Below are positions 26,342 to 39,261 of a stretch of 64,000 nucleotides of DNA, one piece after another (within the stretch, counting starts at the first letter, position 1; the number at the start of each line of letters is the position of its first letter). Source of the DNA: Eledone cirrhosa (lineage: Eukaryota); NCBI GenBank assembly GCA_964016885.1, contig OZ024745.1, forward strand, positions 115,010,001 through 115,074,000. Reading direction: 5' to 3'. The translations under genes and the position numbers were made by a program. The notes under the pieces are model-generated. The model ran no database searches. It was not told the DNA's origin and saw nothing but the letters and a program-made list of their open reading frames with translations.

Positions 26342-27060
26342 TGAACATAATTGTTTCTACTTTTGGCACAAGGCCAACAATTACCCAGTACATTACTGGT
26401 ACTTTATTTTATCGACCTCGTAAGGATGAAAGGCAAAGTTAACCTCGGCGGGATTTGAACTTAGATCGTAAAGGGGCGTAACTATGCTGGAAAGCATGTC
26501 CGACCCTCTACCGATACTGTCAATTCACTGAACATAATTGTTTCTACATTAGGCACAAGGCCAGCAATTACTCAGTACATTACTGGTACTTTATTTTATC
26601 GACCCCGTAAGGATGAAAGGCAAAGTTAACCTCGGCGGGATTTTTGAACATAATGACGATGGATTAGCACTATCGGCAGAGCGTCAGGCAACATGCTTTG
26701 CTGCATAAAGTTACGGCCTTTACGTTCAGAGTTCAAATCCCGCCGAACCTTACGGGGTCGATAAAATAAAGTACCAATAACGCAGTTGGGTCGATTTAAT
26801 CGACTTTCCCCTCCCCCAAATTGTTGGCCCTGTGCCTAATTCAGAAACCATTATTTACAATTCTGAGGATGGTGGATTAGCGGCATGGGTAGTGTCGGAC
26901 ATGCTATGCGGCATATAGTTTTGAATTTAAATTCCAGAGGTTAGCTTTACCTTTCATCCTTACGGGGTCGATAAAGAACCAGTTACGCATTGTAGTCGAC
27001 TTTCCTCTTCTCTTCAAATTGTTGGCCTTGTGCCAAAAGTAGAAACAATTATTTACAATT
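26342..27060. mobile_element. Cluster of four SINE family A copies (two minus, then two plus) in PRDX3 intron 1
   Basis: Copies ~26348-26528 (-), 26535-26642 (-), 26657-26853 (+), 26869-27053 (+); tgaacataat occurs three times around the first two. Confidence 0.85.
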
Positions 27061-27931
27061 TTACAATAAAAAAAGAAATAAAAAAATAACATTAATATCG
27101 ACCCGAGAAGCCGAATAAAGAACTGGCGTGAATCGTATCTCAGCCCCTACCTTGCTATTTCACACCATATTCTCCAGACTACACGCTAATCGTCCCGACA
27201 TGTCAGATTCAATATATCTATGTCTGATTCTGATTTATTATGAGAAAAAAATGATGCGGTGGAGAGCAAAGCAAACAGCAATCAACGATTCCCTGTCGAA
27301 GTTTATAGAGGAAATGTAAACTACTTTGGCGAGGATTCAAACGAAGAATTGAAGTGCACTGTACACGAAAGGATGGTTATTTAGCCGTTGTCAAAGACAT
27401 TGAAGATGTGACTATGTAGTATGTTTCTCAAGCATAGTGTATCTAAAGCTATACTATTCAATATATTTATACTTTTTAAAGACAGAAACAAATTGGCTGC
27501 TCTTTCTTGCAAGTCATCGACTGAAAAACCATTATGTGTTGGGCGACTACAAGACACTCAAAATTAAAAAGAAAAGTTGGATGAATTTACAAAACAATTT
27601 AGCGAACAAAATAAAAAATCAAAACATTAAACCTAACACTTAAAAAAAAAGGGGGAGGGGGAGAGAACAATATGACAATATTTTTCACATTTTTCTTTCG
27701 AGGGAATAAAAGTTAACTAAAGAATATATGTGCGCATTGAAAAGGATAAAAGTAATAGTAAATAAATAACTGAAAGGCGCATGTACTCGTCTAGAAAGAA
27801 TAAACTTGATGTTATGCAAAAGACACAAAGTGTTATCGCGTATTTGTTAATTGAATCTTAACAACACTATACCTCCGTCTCCCATTAATATTTAGTGAAG
27901 TATCAAAGAATTATAAACATTTTATAATTAC

Positions 27932-27946
27932 CGCAGAACGTAGCAT
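27932..27946 (-). CDS. PRDX3: Peroxiredoxin-3-like exon 1 coding part (MLRSA)
   Basis: atcATGCTACGTTCTGCG|gtaatt, phase 0, next to a CpG-enriched promoter-like stretch. The joined CDS is 699 nt (232 aa plus stop). Confidence 0.75.
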
Positions 27947-27989
27947 GATTGAAGTACTTTAAACAGAAAAATTGATAATGAAATAACGT

Positions 27990-28120
27990 TCAAGTCGGAA
28001 TAAGCAACTGAGCAAACCACTACGGTATTTACTGACAGCGAAACATGGGGACGGTATTGCGCATGTGCTCTACAAACGATCGCAGATTATGTATCAAAGG
28101 TGTTCCTGCGGTGACCTAGG
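27990..28120 (-). promoter_or_regulatory. Putative PRDX3 promoter with NRF1-like motif TGCGCATGTGC (28058-28068)
   Basis: Locally CpG-enriched, non-repetitive sequence ~110 nt upstream of the ATG; one mismatch to YGCGCAYGCGC. Confidence 0.5.
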
Positions 28121-28439
28121 CTAAAATAGATTTTAGTAGTATATAACCTTCAGGGTATATTTTTTTTCCTGTGAGGGCTAGAAGCTAATTTTAATTTCAT
28201 AAAAAAAAGAAAAGGAAAAATAATTGAAAGTAATGCAAAGATTATGGTATTTTTTTTTTTTTTTACAAAAACACTCGCCTTTTGTTCGGGTAGAATATTT
28301 TTCATCTTTTAAAAAAAAATTTTAAATATTTTTTACGTGTGTCTTCAACGAATCTTACCTCCAAATCCATCGGAAATGACTTGTTTTCCAGATATCTGAG
28401 GGGGACGGGGAATCTCGGAGTTTTCTACACCCGGAGATT

Positions 28440-29002
28440 TCGGCCCTTTATGGTCTGAGTTCAAATCCCTGCCGAGGTTAACTTTGCCTTTCATCCTTCC
28501 GGGGTCGATAAAATAAAGTACCACTAATGTACTGGGTAATTGCTGGTCTTGTGCCAAAAGTAGAAACAATTACAATCTTTCCTACGGTTTTTGAGTATGT
28601 TTGGAAGGAATTTGACCTTCGAAACTGTCTGAAATTATTCATAGATTGGGGAGGGGCAGCACTTGGTTTTCTTAACCCTAACTAACTCACCTCTAACTAA
28701 CTCTAACCTTAACACAAATCCTAACCTCAACACCAATCCTAACTATCCCTAACTTTAATCCTAACCCTAACTAACTCAAACACTATGGCAGGTAGGTGTA
28801 ATAAGGTACTCCCACACAGAAGAAATAATTGTTTGTACTTTTGGCACAAGGTCAGCAATTACTCCAGGGCATTACCGGTGCTTTATTTTATCGACCCTGT
28901 AAGGATGAGAGGCAAAGTTAACCTCGGCGGGATTTGAACTCAGATCATAAAGGGCCGTAACTCTATATTGAAAATTATTCCTCCCTCTACCGATATTACC
29001 AA
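28440..29002. mobile_element. Two SINE family A copies (~28440-28572 +, ~28825-29002 -) flanking a telomere-like tract
   Basis: Both match the 19495 family. Confidence 0.8.
28672..28777 (+). repeat. Degenerate (CCCTAA)n-like tract
   Basis: ttaaccctaactaac…cctaacctcaac…ccctaactttaatcctaaccctaac. Confidence 0.65.
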
Positions 29003-30162
29003 TGATTTCTACTATAAGCAGTTTACACACACACACAAACACACACACACAAGCAATAATGCATATCCACGAAATGCACTCTATCTGCACACATGTAACT
29101 GCACCCATAACACACCTGGACTCTCTACCTAGGCCCTCAACCCTGCATACCAGACGACTCGTCTACCCTTTCCAGCCTTCTTGAAAGTTTTTTTTTTTCC
29201 CAAACTCTGTTTCTCCATGAACTCTCCATTTCTCAAAGAAGAACTTATGTCTGATATGTTGAAACCCTCATTTACTTTTCCCCAAGCATGAAACTAATAA
29301 GACTTTGTATCTTTACATCTCTGTGTTTGTCTTGTCTATTCTTGGACTATTCATTTTTTCATTTTTCATTTTACGTCCGCTTTTTCCCTGCTTGCAAGGG
29401 TGGGACGGGAATTGATTCTGGCTTGATTTCTACAGCTGGATGCTGGTCCTAACACCAACCTCATTTACAGTGAGTGCTGGGTGCTTTTTTGCAGTGGCAC
29501 CTCCACAACCACTTTGCAGTGGAATGATATGGACTCCAGTCCCTATCATCTCATTTCTACAGCTGAGTAAACTGGAGCAATGTGAAATAAAGTGTCTTGC
29601 TCAAGGAAACAACACATCACCCGGTCTGAGAATTGAACTCACAACCTTTTGATTGCAAGGCCAATGCTCTAACCACTAAGCCATGTGCCTCCATCTATAT
29701 ATATCTCTATATACACACACACACACACACACACACAAAACTTTAAGAGATAGTCACTGCATTATGTAGTATTTTTTTTGGAGGTGGTAGTGGTGGTAGG
29801 GGCAAACTCAAGGCTATCCCAGGTGGCACAAACTCTGTCTATGCCACTGGGGGTGATGCAAGGTGATTGAGAGGAAAGGAAAATGTGAGGAGCAGTGTGG
29901 GAGGAATTAAAGTGAGGTGGCGGGGAGTAGGTCAAGCACAATTAAGGCTAGCCAGAGACAAAAGGACAATTGTAGGATTAAACAGATGTTCACAAAGTTA
30001 GAAGAGAAGGAGGAGGAGGGGAAAGATGACAAGAGGAAAATAAGTAATGAACTTTGAGGAGTGTTAAAAATTGATTTAGAAAAGAAATTATATAGAGAAG
30101 GTAATCAGGCAGGTGTAGTGGTTTAAAACGTGACGTAGGCATGGAGTAAAAGAGTGTTGAAA

Positions 30163-30347
30163 TAATTGTTTCTACTTTTGGACAAAGCCAGCAATTATCC
30201 CAGTGTATTACTGGTACTTTATTTTATCGACCCTGTAATGATGAAAGGCAAAGTTAACCTCGACGGGATTTGAACTCAGTCCGAAAAGGGACGTAACTGT
30301 GCTGCAAAGCATGGCGTCCGACCCTCTACCGATACTACCAATCCACC
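30163..30347 (-). mobile_element. Full-length SINE family A with 15-bp TSD
   Basis: TSD gagtgttgaaataat at 30152-30166 and 30348-30362. Confidence 0.85.
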
Positions 30348-33097
30348 GAGTGTTGAAATAATAGAAATAGAATGGTGAACAATAGTTACTAATTACAAAT
30401 AATAATATGTAGTATTTATATATATATTAACAAAGAGAAGACAACGAATGACACCAATGCAAAATGAAACAAAATTTTTGGAAAATAAAAATACAAAAGA
30501 AAGACAGAACTCAAAGGTCTTCAGCTGCTGAGATGGACTTTTGGCAGTTGAAACACCTAGTGTCACAGCATCTTTCACAAGCCAAAGTACTGCCCATGGA
30601 GTAAAAGACAAGACAAAGCAATAACTTACAGCAATTAAACCATAACAGAATTTTATGTGACAACTAGGAGAAGGTATCGTACTTTATATAGGAACGATAG
30701 TCTTGTGAGACTGGAAAAAAGGAAGTAAAGAAAGAAAAAAGAAAAATATAATAAAAGCGGCAAGAAGAAGAAAGTAAGATACCGTGTTAAAAAATGTAAA
30801 CCATTTAAACTATTGGGGACAACAAATTTATTTCAGCAATTTCTAGCCATGACCCACTTACTCAATGTGATAATAAGCTTGCAGTTGAGAAGCTGTATCT
30901 TTTCCACACAAATTGCACACAAATTGCACACAAATAGCTAGTGGGTATTATGTCAGTGTTTTTGATAAAGTTTCTCCGTATCTATCTCCTGGTTCTGTTT
31001 CTATGCAATATTTTGTCTATATCAGTTATTAAAAGTGTTATATACAGAGAATTGCATGATATCAGCAGATATTAGGAAAGCTGTGATATTTCTTTTCATC
31101 AGCAGGGGTACAAACTCAACTTTTTTGTTCTTTAAAGTGAACCCTATTGTGTAGGCTGCCAGCTTCCAATCTATTGTAAAACTCATTCTTTGATGTATTC
31201 ATTGAATATATTGGTTGTATTCATTGAATATATTGGTTGTATTCTATCATGCTACCTGCATCATGTGATGATTGTGTTCTCAGTTGGTCAGAGATAAGTA
31301 ATGATAGGAAGGGAAGAAGAGAACATTGCAGAATAGCTCTGTAGGAGCAGTGGTAGCTGCATGTTTCTTACTGATAGAGTCACCACTCATAGACGGAAGA
31401 AGAGAGAATGGGTGTGAGAGTAAGTGTTGGATCTAGTGGCAGCTTTGAGGAGAATTTGTAATGACTGGCAGTTAAACATGAGCTGTGGAGGATAAATATA
31501 TGTATATAGAGAGAAAGTCAGGAGAACTCTTTAGCTAACCTCCCTAGTGTTGGTGGTTTACACGATAAATGCACCCAGTTCACTTTGTAAAGTGGTTTGT
31601 GATAGGAAGGGCATCCAGCCCCCAAAAAACAAACTGCCAAACAAAGGAGTGGGAAGACTCTTCAGTTGTGTCAAAGACATAGCCACCTCCCTAGTGCTGG
31701 TGCAATGATAAAAAGCACTCGATTGGATACACAAACATATGTGAGTTATTAGTTGCCGGTCTGTCTGAGCACTCAGTCAGGTGCAGGAACATTAGTGTGA
31801 TGCTGGGTCCAAACCCACCATGGAGTCAGTACATCCTCTTTGAGTAACAACCTTGTCTACAGATAACCTGCCCAACTCTTGCTAGTAGGAAAAGCAAATG
31901 TTAAACAATGATGGTGATAATGATGATGATAACACAACACGACTATATACACAATCCCCATACATATCAACTAATAACATACATAGTGTGTACATTCTTA
32001 CACAGAGCATATTCAAAAACAATGAATCACAATTATGAATAAATGGTATGTATAATTAAAAGATGTATAGATACATGCAGTGGCTTAAGGAGATATTCTC
32101 ATTCTTTACTGCTTTTCATCTTCTAAAAGTTACCGAGGCAATATTCTTTGTATGGAATAATGGAATAAAGAAACAATATTTAAGTTGAATATCTTGTTTA
32201 CTCAGTATAATATAATTGATTATTTGTCATATTCCATTAATTCTATTTTTTTAATGCTCATTTCATATTTATTGTTTTATAAATAGATTAATTACAAATG
32301 TAAAGAACTCAATCACTTCTAGTTGAATGTTTATAAAGAAAACAAGATAATCACTGAAGATGTCATCGATATGTATATTGAAAGAACTTTGAGAAACTAT
32401 ATTTATATATATTTAACATTGATTGCTAGCTAAAATATTTATAGAAATGTAAAAATACACTGAAGCGAAAACCAAACCAAACAGTGAGTGTGTTTTACCA
32501 TTTTTTTCTGGCAATATTAAGGCAACATGACGCTCTCCAAATGTCCAAAAATAGAAGGTAAAGTTTTTGGTAAGCCAAACTTGCAAACTGGTTTCATTTA
32601 TTTTAATCTGACTATGGAGATATATAGTTTCCTGCTTTACTTCCTCTGAAAATCTCATTTTACTTATATTCTACTGGTGATGACAAAAATAAAACAACAA
32701 AAAACATCCAGTTCACCCTGTAAGGTGGTAGTATTGGTGCTCTAACAAATAGCACCCTGTAAGTTGGTAGTGCTGGTTCTATGTCAAAAAACACCCAGTC
32801 CATTCTGTAAAGTGGTAGGGCTGGGGCTATGACAAAAAGCATCCACTTCACCCAGTAAAAGGCCTATACTGATTCTACAAAAAAAAAAAAAAAGCACATA
32901 ATCTACCCAGTAAGGTGGTAGTGCTGGTGCCAGGATAAAAGTTCCTAATGCACCCTGTGAAGTGGTTGGCATTAGGAAAAGCTTTCATCTATAGAAAAGC
33001 AAGACAAAAACAATATATATGAGCAAGACATATGTAAAATAGACATCAAGTGGTGGTTTTGGCAGTGTCTGTGGTGATGATGATGATGATGATGATG

Positions 33098-33726
33098 AAC
33101 CATTTTCAAACAACTCTGGAACATTTTCCAATCTGATTTATCTCCGATCTCTAGTGTCTATCTGTTGATCCTTCATATTCCTTTTCATTCAGTTTATGTG
33201 AGAAACCATTTTAAACAACTCTGGATCAACTAAAATTATTACCTGTTTTGAATGTGCAATATTCAAAGTGTAATCTCTGCGAAGTCCGAGATGCAAATTT
33301 AGAAAAATGTTGAAGTCTACAGAGCTGTGAAATCATATGAAAAGAAACAGAAACAATAAGATTAGAAAACTAGTATTACAGTATTGTAGGCTATTTGTTA
33401 TTAGCTGATGAATCTTTTATAGTCTAATAGATAACATTTAGAAAGAGAATTTAGTGAAGAAATAATCAATAAATAGATCCATTTCATTCTAAAGCCAGGA
33501 AATAATTCCAACCATCTCTATTAGAATCTCATTCATAAACATTCCCAGACTTTTACCAGGAAATGAGTGAAGGAGATTGAATGGAAGAAAATGATAGAAA
33601 TGATTTCATATAGTATAGTCGTTGTTAGAAAAATATGTTGAAGCAAAAACTATTTTATTTACAACGATAGTGGTGCTTTGTATGTAATATTGATTTCCAG
33701 TTGTGATATTAGTCTTAAAGTTTACT
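33098..33726 (-). pseudogene. Partial duplication of PRDX3 intron 2/exon 2/intron 1; orphan exon-2 copy at 33243-33324
   Basis: 33230-33726 matches 23059-23596; 33098-33225 matches ~22535-22655 joined to ~22862-22875. Splice sites are intact and the exon copy has 2 substitutions. Confidence 0.9.
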
Positions 33727-34869
33727 ATAAGACATAAATGCTAGATTTGTATTTTTCTACTTCCAGATTCTTATAGTTTCCTCAGGGAACTTGAATTCCT
33801 GAATTAAAAAAAAAATAATATAACAAAATGTACTGGTACAACAGTTTCCTCATGGGCCCCTTTGCTATGCTTAATGGTAGCTCACTGTGTGGTTCATATC
33901 TACACTGGGAATGGTCGACGAGGGTTCTGTAAGATGTATAGGCGAAAGCCTGAATGGGAGTGTGGTCACATCATCATGTATGTATGTATGTACATATTGA
34001 CAAATGACATTCACCTCAACAAGAAATTGCCAATAAATTGGTGTCAAACAAAAATATCATGTAATGTTTATTCCACCTCAATTGCACAGACTCTTTCTTG
34101 CCATTTTCACCATTGGCAATGCAGTGATTGTGTTGCTGGAACCCTGTGACCAATGATACAGTTGTTAACACAATACATGCTATAAGATAAAATAAGTTAA
34201 ACACGAACAAATAAGTAGTCTTTCTTCAAATGAAGTATTTCATCTGTAGCAATCACAGACTTGATTCCAACTGAGGGGTTGGTTTCTTAAAATTTTGACC
34301 TGCAAACTTGCCAACAACTTTGGCAAAAAATCAACCTTTATATAATGTCTTCTTATACTTTTTAAATGAGAGAGAATATGAGATAGGGAAAATGGCTACA
34401 AGATAGCAGCTTTATTGAATTGGAATTCATCTGTGACTATGCATTTTCTAAGATATCTTCCCTAATTTCTGACAGCTTACTCAATGTTGATGATTTGTTT
34501 TAAAATGCTTTTGAACTTTTGCCATTCATATACTGAAACCTTGGCATATAATTGTTATAATTACTTAAGTTCTTGCTCCAAATTTCTTTTTTGAATAAAC
34601 TAAACATAAATTATGCATTTCAATCCTATAGTAGGCAAATTTGGGATAAATTTTAGATGAATATTATTGTTGTAAGTTTAGCTGGTTTCTTATGAAGTTG
34701 CATCCAGAGCCAAACTTTCACCCCACGAGGCCCTAAACTACATGAAATTTGAGGCACTTCTCTAAAAAATTTGGGTAAAAAAATTTAAAATAATTATACA
34801 AGATTATTATTTTTTATATTAATGTTAATAATAAAGAATAACTAATATATGTAAATATATGTATATGTA

Positions 34870-35145
34870 ACAGGGTAAAGACCCCCTTCAGTCACGAATG
34901 ACCGTGGGATTTGCACCTAGAAAGTTCCACTCTGAGGCACAAGTTCGGGCAAGGTTGTTTGTGGGAGACCCACAGTCACCCATGCATACCAGTCTTCCCT
35001 CTCCACACCACCGATGTTGTCCAAGGGAAAGGCAATCTCCGATACAGCTTGGCACCAATGACGTCACAACTCATTTCTACAGCTGAGTGAACTGAAGCAA
35101 CATTAAATAAAGTGTTTTGCTCAAGAACACAACACAAAGCCCGTT
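34870..35145 (-). mobile_element. SINE (third family; shares ctcatttctacagctgagt core with family B)
   Basis: Core match plus a distinct 3' body (gacccccttcagtcacgaatgacc). Confidence 0.65.
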
Positions 35146-35631
35146 GATGATTCAGTGTAAAAGAATAAAACTAATGATATAATAAAAATATATTTTTAAA
35201 AATGAGTCCATTGTGAGTGTGTGGCCCTAAGCTATAGCTTATTTAGCTTATAGGTTATAGGTAAGTCCAGTAATGGTTGCATTTCATAAGAAGTCTCTTG
35301 GGTGTTGTAATGATAGGGGCATGGGTCTTATCATATCCCTATTTTTCCTATGATATGGGACAGGATTTGAACTCAGAATACACACAATTGAAACAGCTGC
35401 TAACAATTCTGTCAATTTATCACTCTAGTTATAAGTTAGGATTTGCCTCAAGCCAGAGGTTCATCAAGTTGGTGCTTATCTCAGTTTCATTTGTGTTAAG
35501 CAACTGAGAGCATCAGAGAGAATATCAGTCCACCTTAGATTTAACCCCTAGTTTTTGTTGGTCCTTATTTGTTTTAGTTGAATGACAGTAATAACACTGA
35601 ATGTATTTAATTTTTGGATTCCAGTATTGGT

Positions 35632-35870
35632 ATGCCATATATGCCAGAATTACTGGATATATGAACAATCACAATTGGGAAATTTGTGTTTTTATTTATT
35701 AATAGTTTGTATAAGAGGACCGCTATAGCTTAGGTGGATTACTGACACGGAGGACACCATATATACCAGGATTACTGGATATATGAACAATCATACAAAC
35801 TGGAAAATTTGCGATTTGATAAATTAATGGTTTGCATCAGAGAAACCTTATAGTTTATATTAATTAGTGA
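35632..35870 (+). repeat. Imperfect tandem duplication, unit ~120 bp
   Basis: ccatatat(g/a)ccag(a/g)attactggatatatgaacaatca occurs at ~35635 and ~35757. Confidence 0.7.
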
Positions 35871-36789
35871 CACATGGAAGTGATTAAAGATAAAATGATG
35901 TTTTTATAATTTACACAAATGTTCAGTACATATGTACAAATGAAATACAGAATTAAATGGAGAAATAATTTTGGAGAAATAATTATTTACTGGGATAATC
36001 CCAGGACCTTGTAATTGGAAAGCACATCACTGATTGTAGCAAAATTACTGATTTAGAAAATGCAGTGTGTGTATATTTGTGTGTGTAAATTTTAAAGAGT
36101 TACAGATAGAGTTATATACAGGGTGGATGGTAAGAAACTCCCTATTAAAAATTACTTAATATTTTTGGCCTACTGTGACCACTTGGGACAACATCATTTT
36201 CTTTTTTAAACAATTGACAAAATCTCAGACCTCATTCATTTACTGATGATTCACTTACTCATGATTATGAATCCAATTCTCTAACCACTTAGCCCCATGC
36301 ATTCACACATATACATGCACACACACACATATATATGAGAAAAGTCATCAAGGAAAAACGACACAGGAGGACAACAATGATATATATTATTATATGCTTG
36401 ATACTGAAGGAAAAGAGTCTTAACATTTTAGATGTCATGCATCTTTAAAGTTTCAGTCTACCAAATCCTCTCATAAGGCTGTGGTAGAGGAAACTTGCCC
36501 AAAAGGCCACAGAGGAGGATGGAACCTGAAACCATATGATAGCTAAGAGAACTTGTTAACCTTACAGCCATATATAAAAAACATGAAAAAATCAATAGTT
36601 ATAAACAAAATAGTCTGTACTATCAGACAATAGAATTCATAATTGCTGCTCCATTACTGCTTCAAAATACTTATTATCTCTAAAACCTGTTATTAAATGA
36701 ACTGAAGTGAAACAGAAATATAAAATGTATACACATCTAAGGATAAATCAATATCTTAACCCTTTCATTGGATCTTTGCCAATGTGCTG

Positions 36790-37145
36790 TACCACTGGTC
36801 ACCAAACTTATGGCCTCCTTCATGTAATCCTCTTGACTATTTTGTGTGGGGCGTCTTGGAGAGGGAAGGGAACAGCAAGCACTACAACACCAAGGAGGCT
36901 CTCATGACAGCCATCAGGGATGCCATGGCCAACATGGACAGAAACGCTATCGCCAAGGCCTGCTCCAGGTTCAGGTCCCGTCTGGAGAAAGTGGTGGCTG
37001 GCGATGGTGGCCACATTGAGTGATTTTTTTTACCATATATATGTGCCTAACTGTGTATAAAGTTTGATTGAAATATATTAATTTGTTATATGAAAAATAC
37101 TGTTTTAATTATCCATTCATTTTTTCCAAATTTATCTGCACCACA

Positions 37146-37150
<5 letters not shown>
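36790..37150 (+). mobile_element. Tc1/mariner-superfamily transposase C-terminus and right end
   Basis: NPLDYFVWGVLE…AIAKACSRFRSRLEKVVAGDGGHIE* is the classic C-terminus; it ends in a TA run. Confidence 0.8.
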
Positions 37151-37205
<55 letters not shown>

Positions 37206-37273
37206 GAAAATAGAGAAATTAATGTAAGCAAAATGCCAACAATAATTCAGACATATAAGGGACTATACCATCA

Positions 37274-37306
<33 letters not shown>

Positions 37307-37841
37307 TATATATAAAATAAAAAAGGGAAGCTATTAAAAATTCAAAATTGTAAAATATATATGAGACATTCAGTTACTATAGGATTAGTAGTCTGTGAAC
37401 TAATGTTATAAATTAACAGTAGACATCATATATTTCTTTACTATTAATACTCTATTGATGTGCTATTAACATGCTATTAATGAGCACTTAACATCTTTAA
37501 TGAGCAATTAATTAAGATGGATGAGTGAGTGAAATGTTGAAGATTGATGCTTTAGTTCAGTTGTGAAGTCGATTGTCTCTGGATCAGTCATAACAATGGA
37601 CTGAAATACGTGTAAAGAGATGAGATATTATGGTAGCTGAGAACCATAGCTGATATAGAAAAGGGTATGAATGAGGTATATTAGAAAACTAGCTAGAAAG
37701 GTAGATTGATTATATGAAAGATAGCTATGTGTGTAACCAGATGGATTTATGGGTGTATAGATACAGACAAACACAAAATATATTGATAGCTGAATTAATT
37801 ATTGTTGTTTAGTCCCAGCCAGCTTAGTCTTAATTGAACAT

Positions 37842-37905
<64 letters not shown>

Positions 37906-38252
37906 TGTTCAATAGCTCCTTCTATTTTTTCAATATATTAAGGTATAATTTGAGTTAATTTAGCTGCTATTTCCAGCATGATGAGTGACTATGTAAAGGT
38001 TTCCCTCCTTAGATAGATGATTGGGTAGAAAAATATCTAACTAGCTTGCTAGACACATGACGCATAAATAGATGGACTGACAGATACACCAGTGGATAGA
38101 CAGATAGACAGATAGACAGATAGACAGATAGACAGATAGACAGATAGGTAGATATGTAGATAGGTAGATAGATAGATACAAAGAGGGTGTGGTAAGATAC
38201 CAGGTGGACCCAAACGCACCAGAGTGCTCGAAATTTGGGGAAGAGTGGGTAA

Positions 38253-38360
38253 TATGAAAAGATTCAGGACCCCGACGGCTGAGCTCCAGCCGTTTCGACA
38301 GCTAGATCTAACTGTCGAAACGACTGGAAATCAGCCGTCGGGGTCCTGAATCTTTTCATA
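38253..38360. repeat. 108-bp spacerless palindrome (54-bp arms, 4 mismatches) built from a hammerhead 3' half
   Basis: Arms compared base by base; centre agatct. Confidence 0.9.
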
Positions 38361-38371
38361 GATAGATAGAT

Positions 38372-38645
38372 ATGTTTCTTTTATTTGCCACCAGGGCATC
38401 AAAAGTGGGACAAGTACAATGGGGGGAGTTTACAAAACAAGGCGTCCTCAATAAGGAGGAGGCAATAACAAAATATAAAAATAAAATAAAATATAACAGA
38501 ATAAAATTTATAACAAAATCCTCAATAGAGAGGAGGCGCCTTGGGGGGTCGCACACACCCCCGAAAAAAAGTGTGCAACCCTTTTCCTCAGGAGCACAGA
38601 GAAGGGGTGCTCCCTTGGTCTTTCATCTTCCTCACCTATAGTCTG
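38372..38645 (-). mobile_element. LINE (L1/Tx1-like) 3' end; related pieces at ~48330-48660 (+) and ~46039-46320 (-)
   Basis: Shared terminus gccc(c)tg(g)tgg(c)…aataaa(a)gaaacatatctat. Confidence 0.5.
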
Positions 38646-39167
38646 ATGTAGAGATAGACAGGTAGATAGATAGATAGACAAATAATACAGACAGGCAAGC
38701 TGACAGACAGGCAGATATACAGACAGACAGATACATTGATAGGCAGAAATTAGGTCTATGTATGTATGATTGGCTGTACAGATGGAGAGAAAGATGTAGT
38801 GAAAGATGGATTAATGTTTAGATGTGTGGGAAGTTAAAAAGCTAGCTAACTAGTCAATTGGCTATCAACATTCTCATCTAATAATGTATCTGTCTAGCTC
38901 TACATCTTTCCTTGTCTAACTAGACAGCCTGCTAGATAAGAGATAGATTGACAGATTGACACACAGACATATCAACAAAGCTAAATGGACTGATAAATAT
39001 ATAATTGGATGGACAGATAGATAATTTGATAGAGATCGATAGAAAGATAGATAGATAAACAGATAGATAAATAGATAGGTAGACAGAAAGAAAGAAAGAT
39101 AGCTAGATAGGTAGGTAGGTAGATGAGTAGATAGAATGAGAGAAAAAATAAATATATAAATAGATTG

Positions 39168-39242
<75 letters not shown>

Positions 39243-39261
39243 GATAGATAGATAGAGTTAT

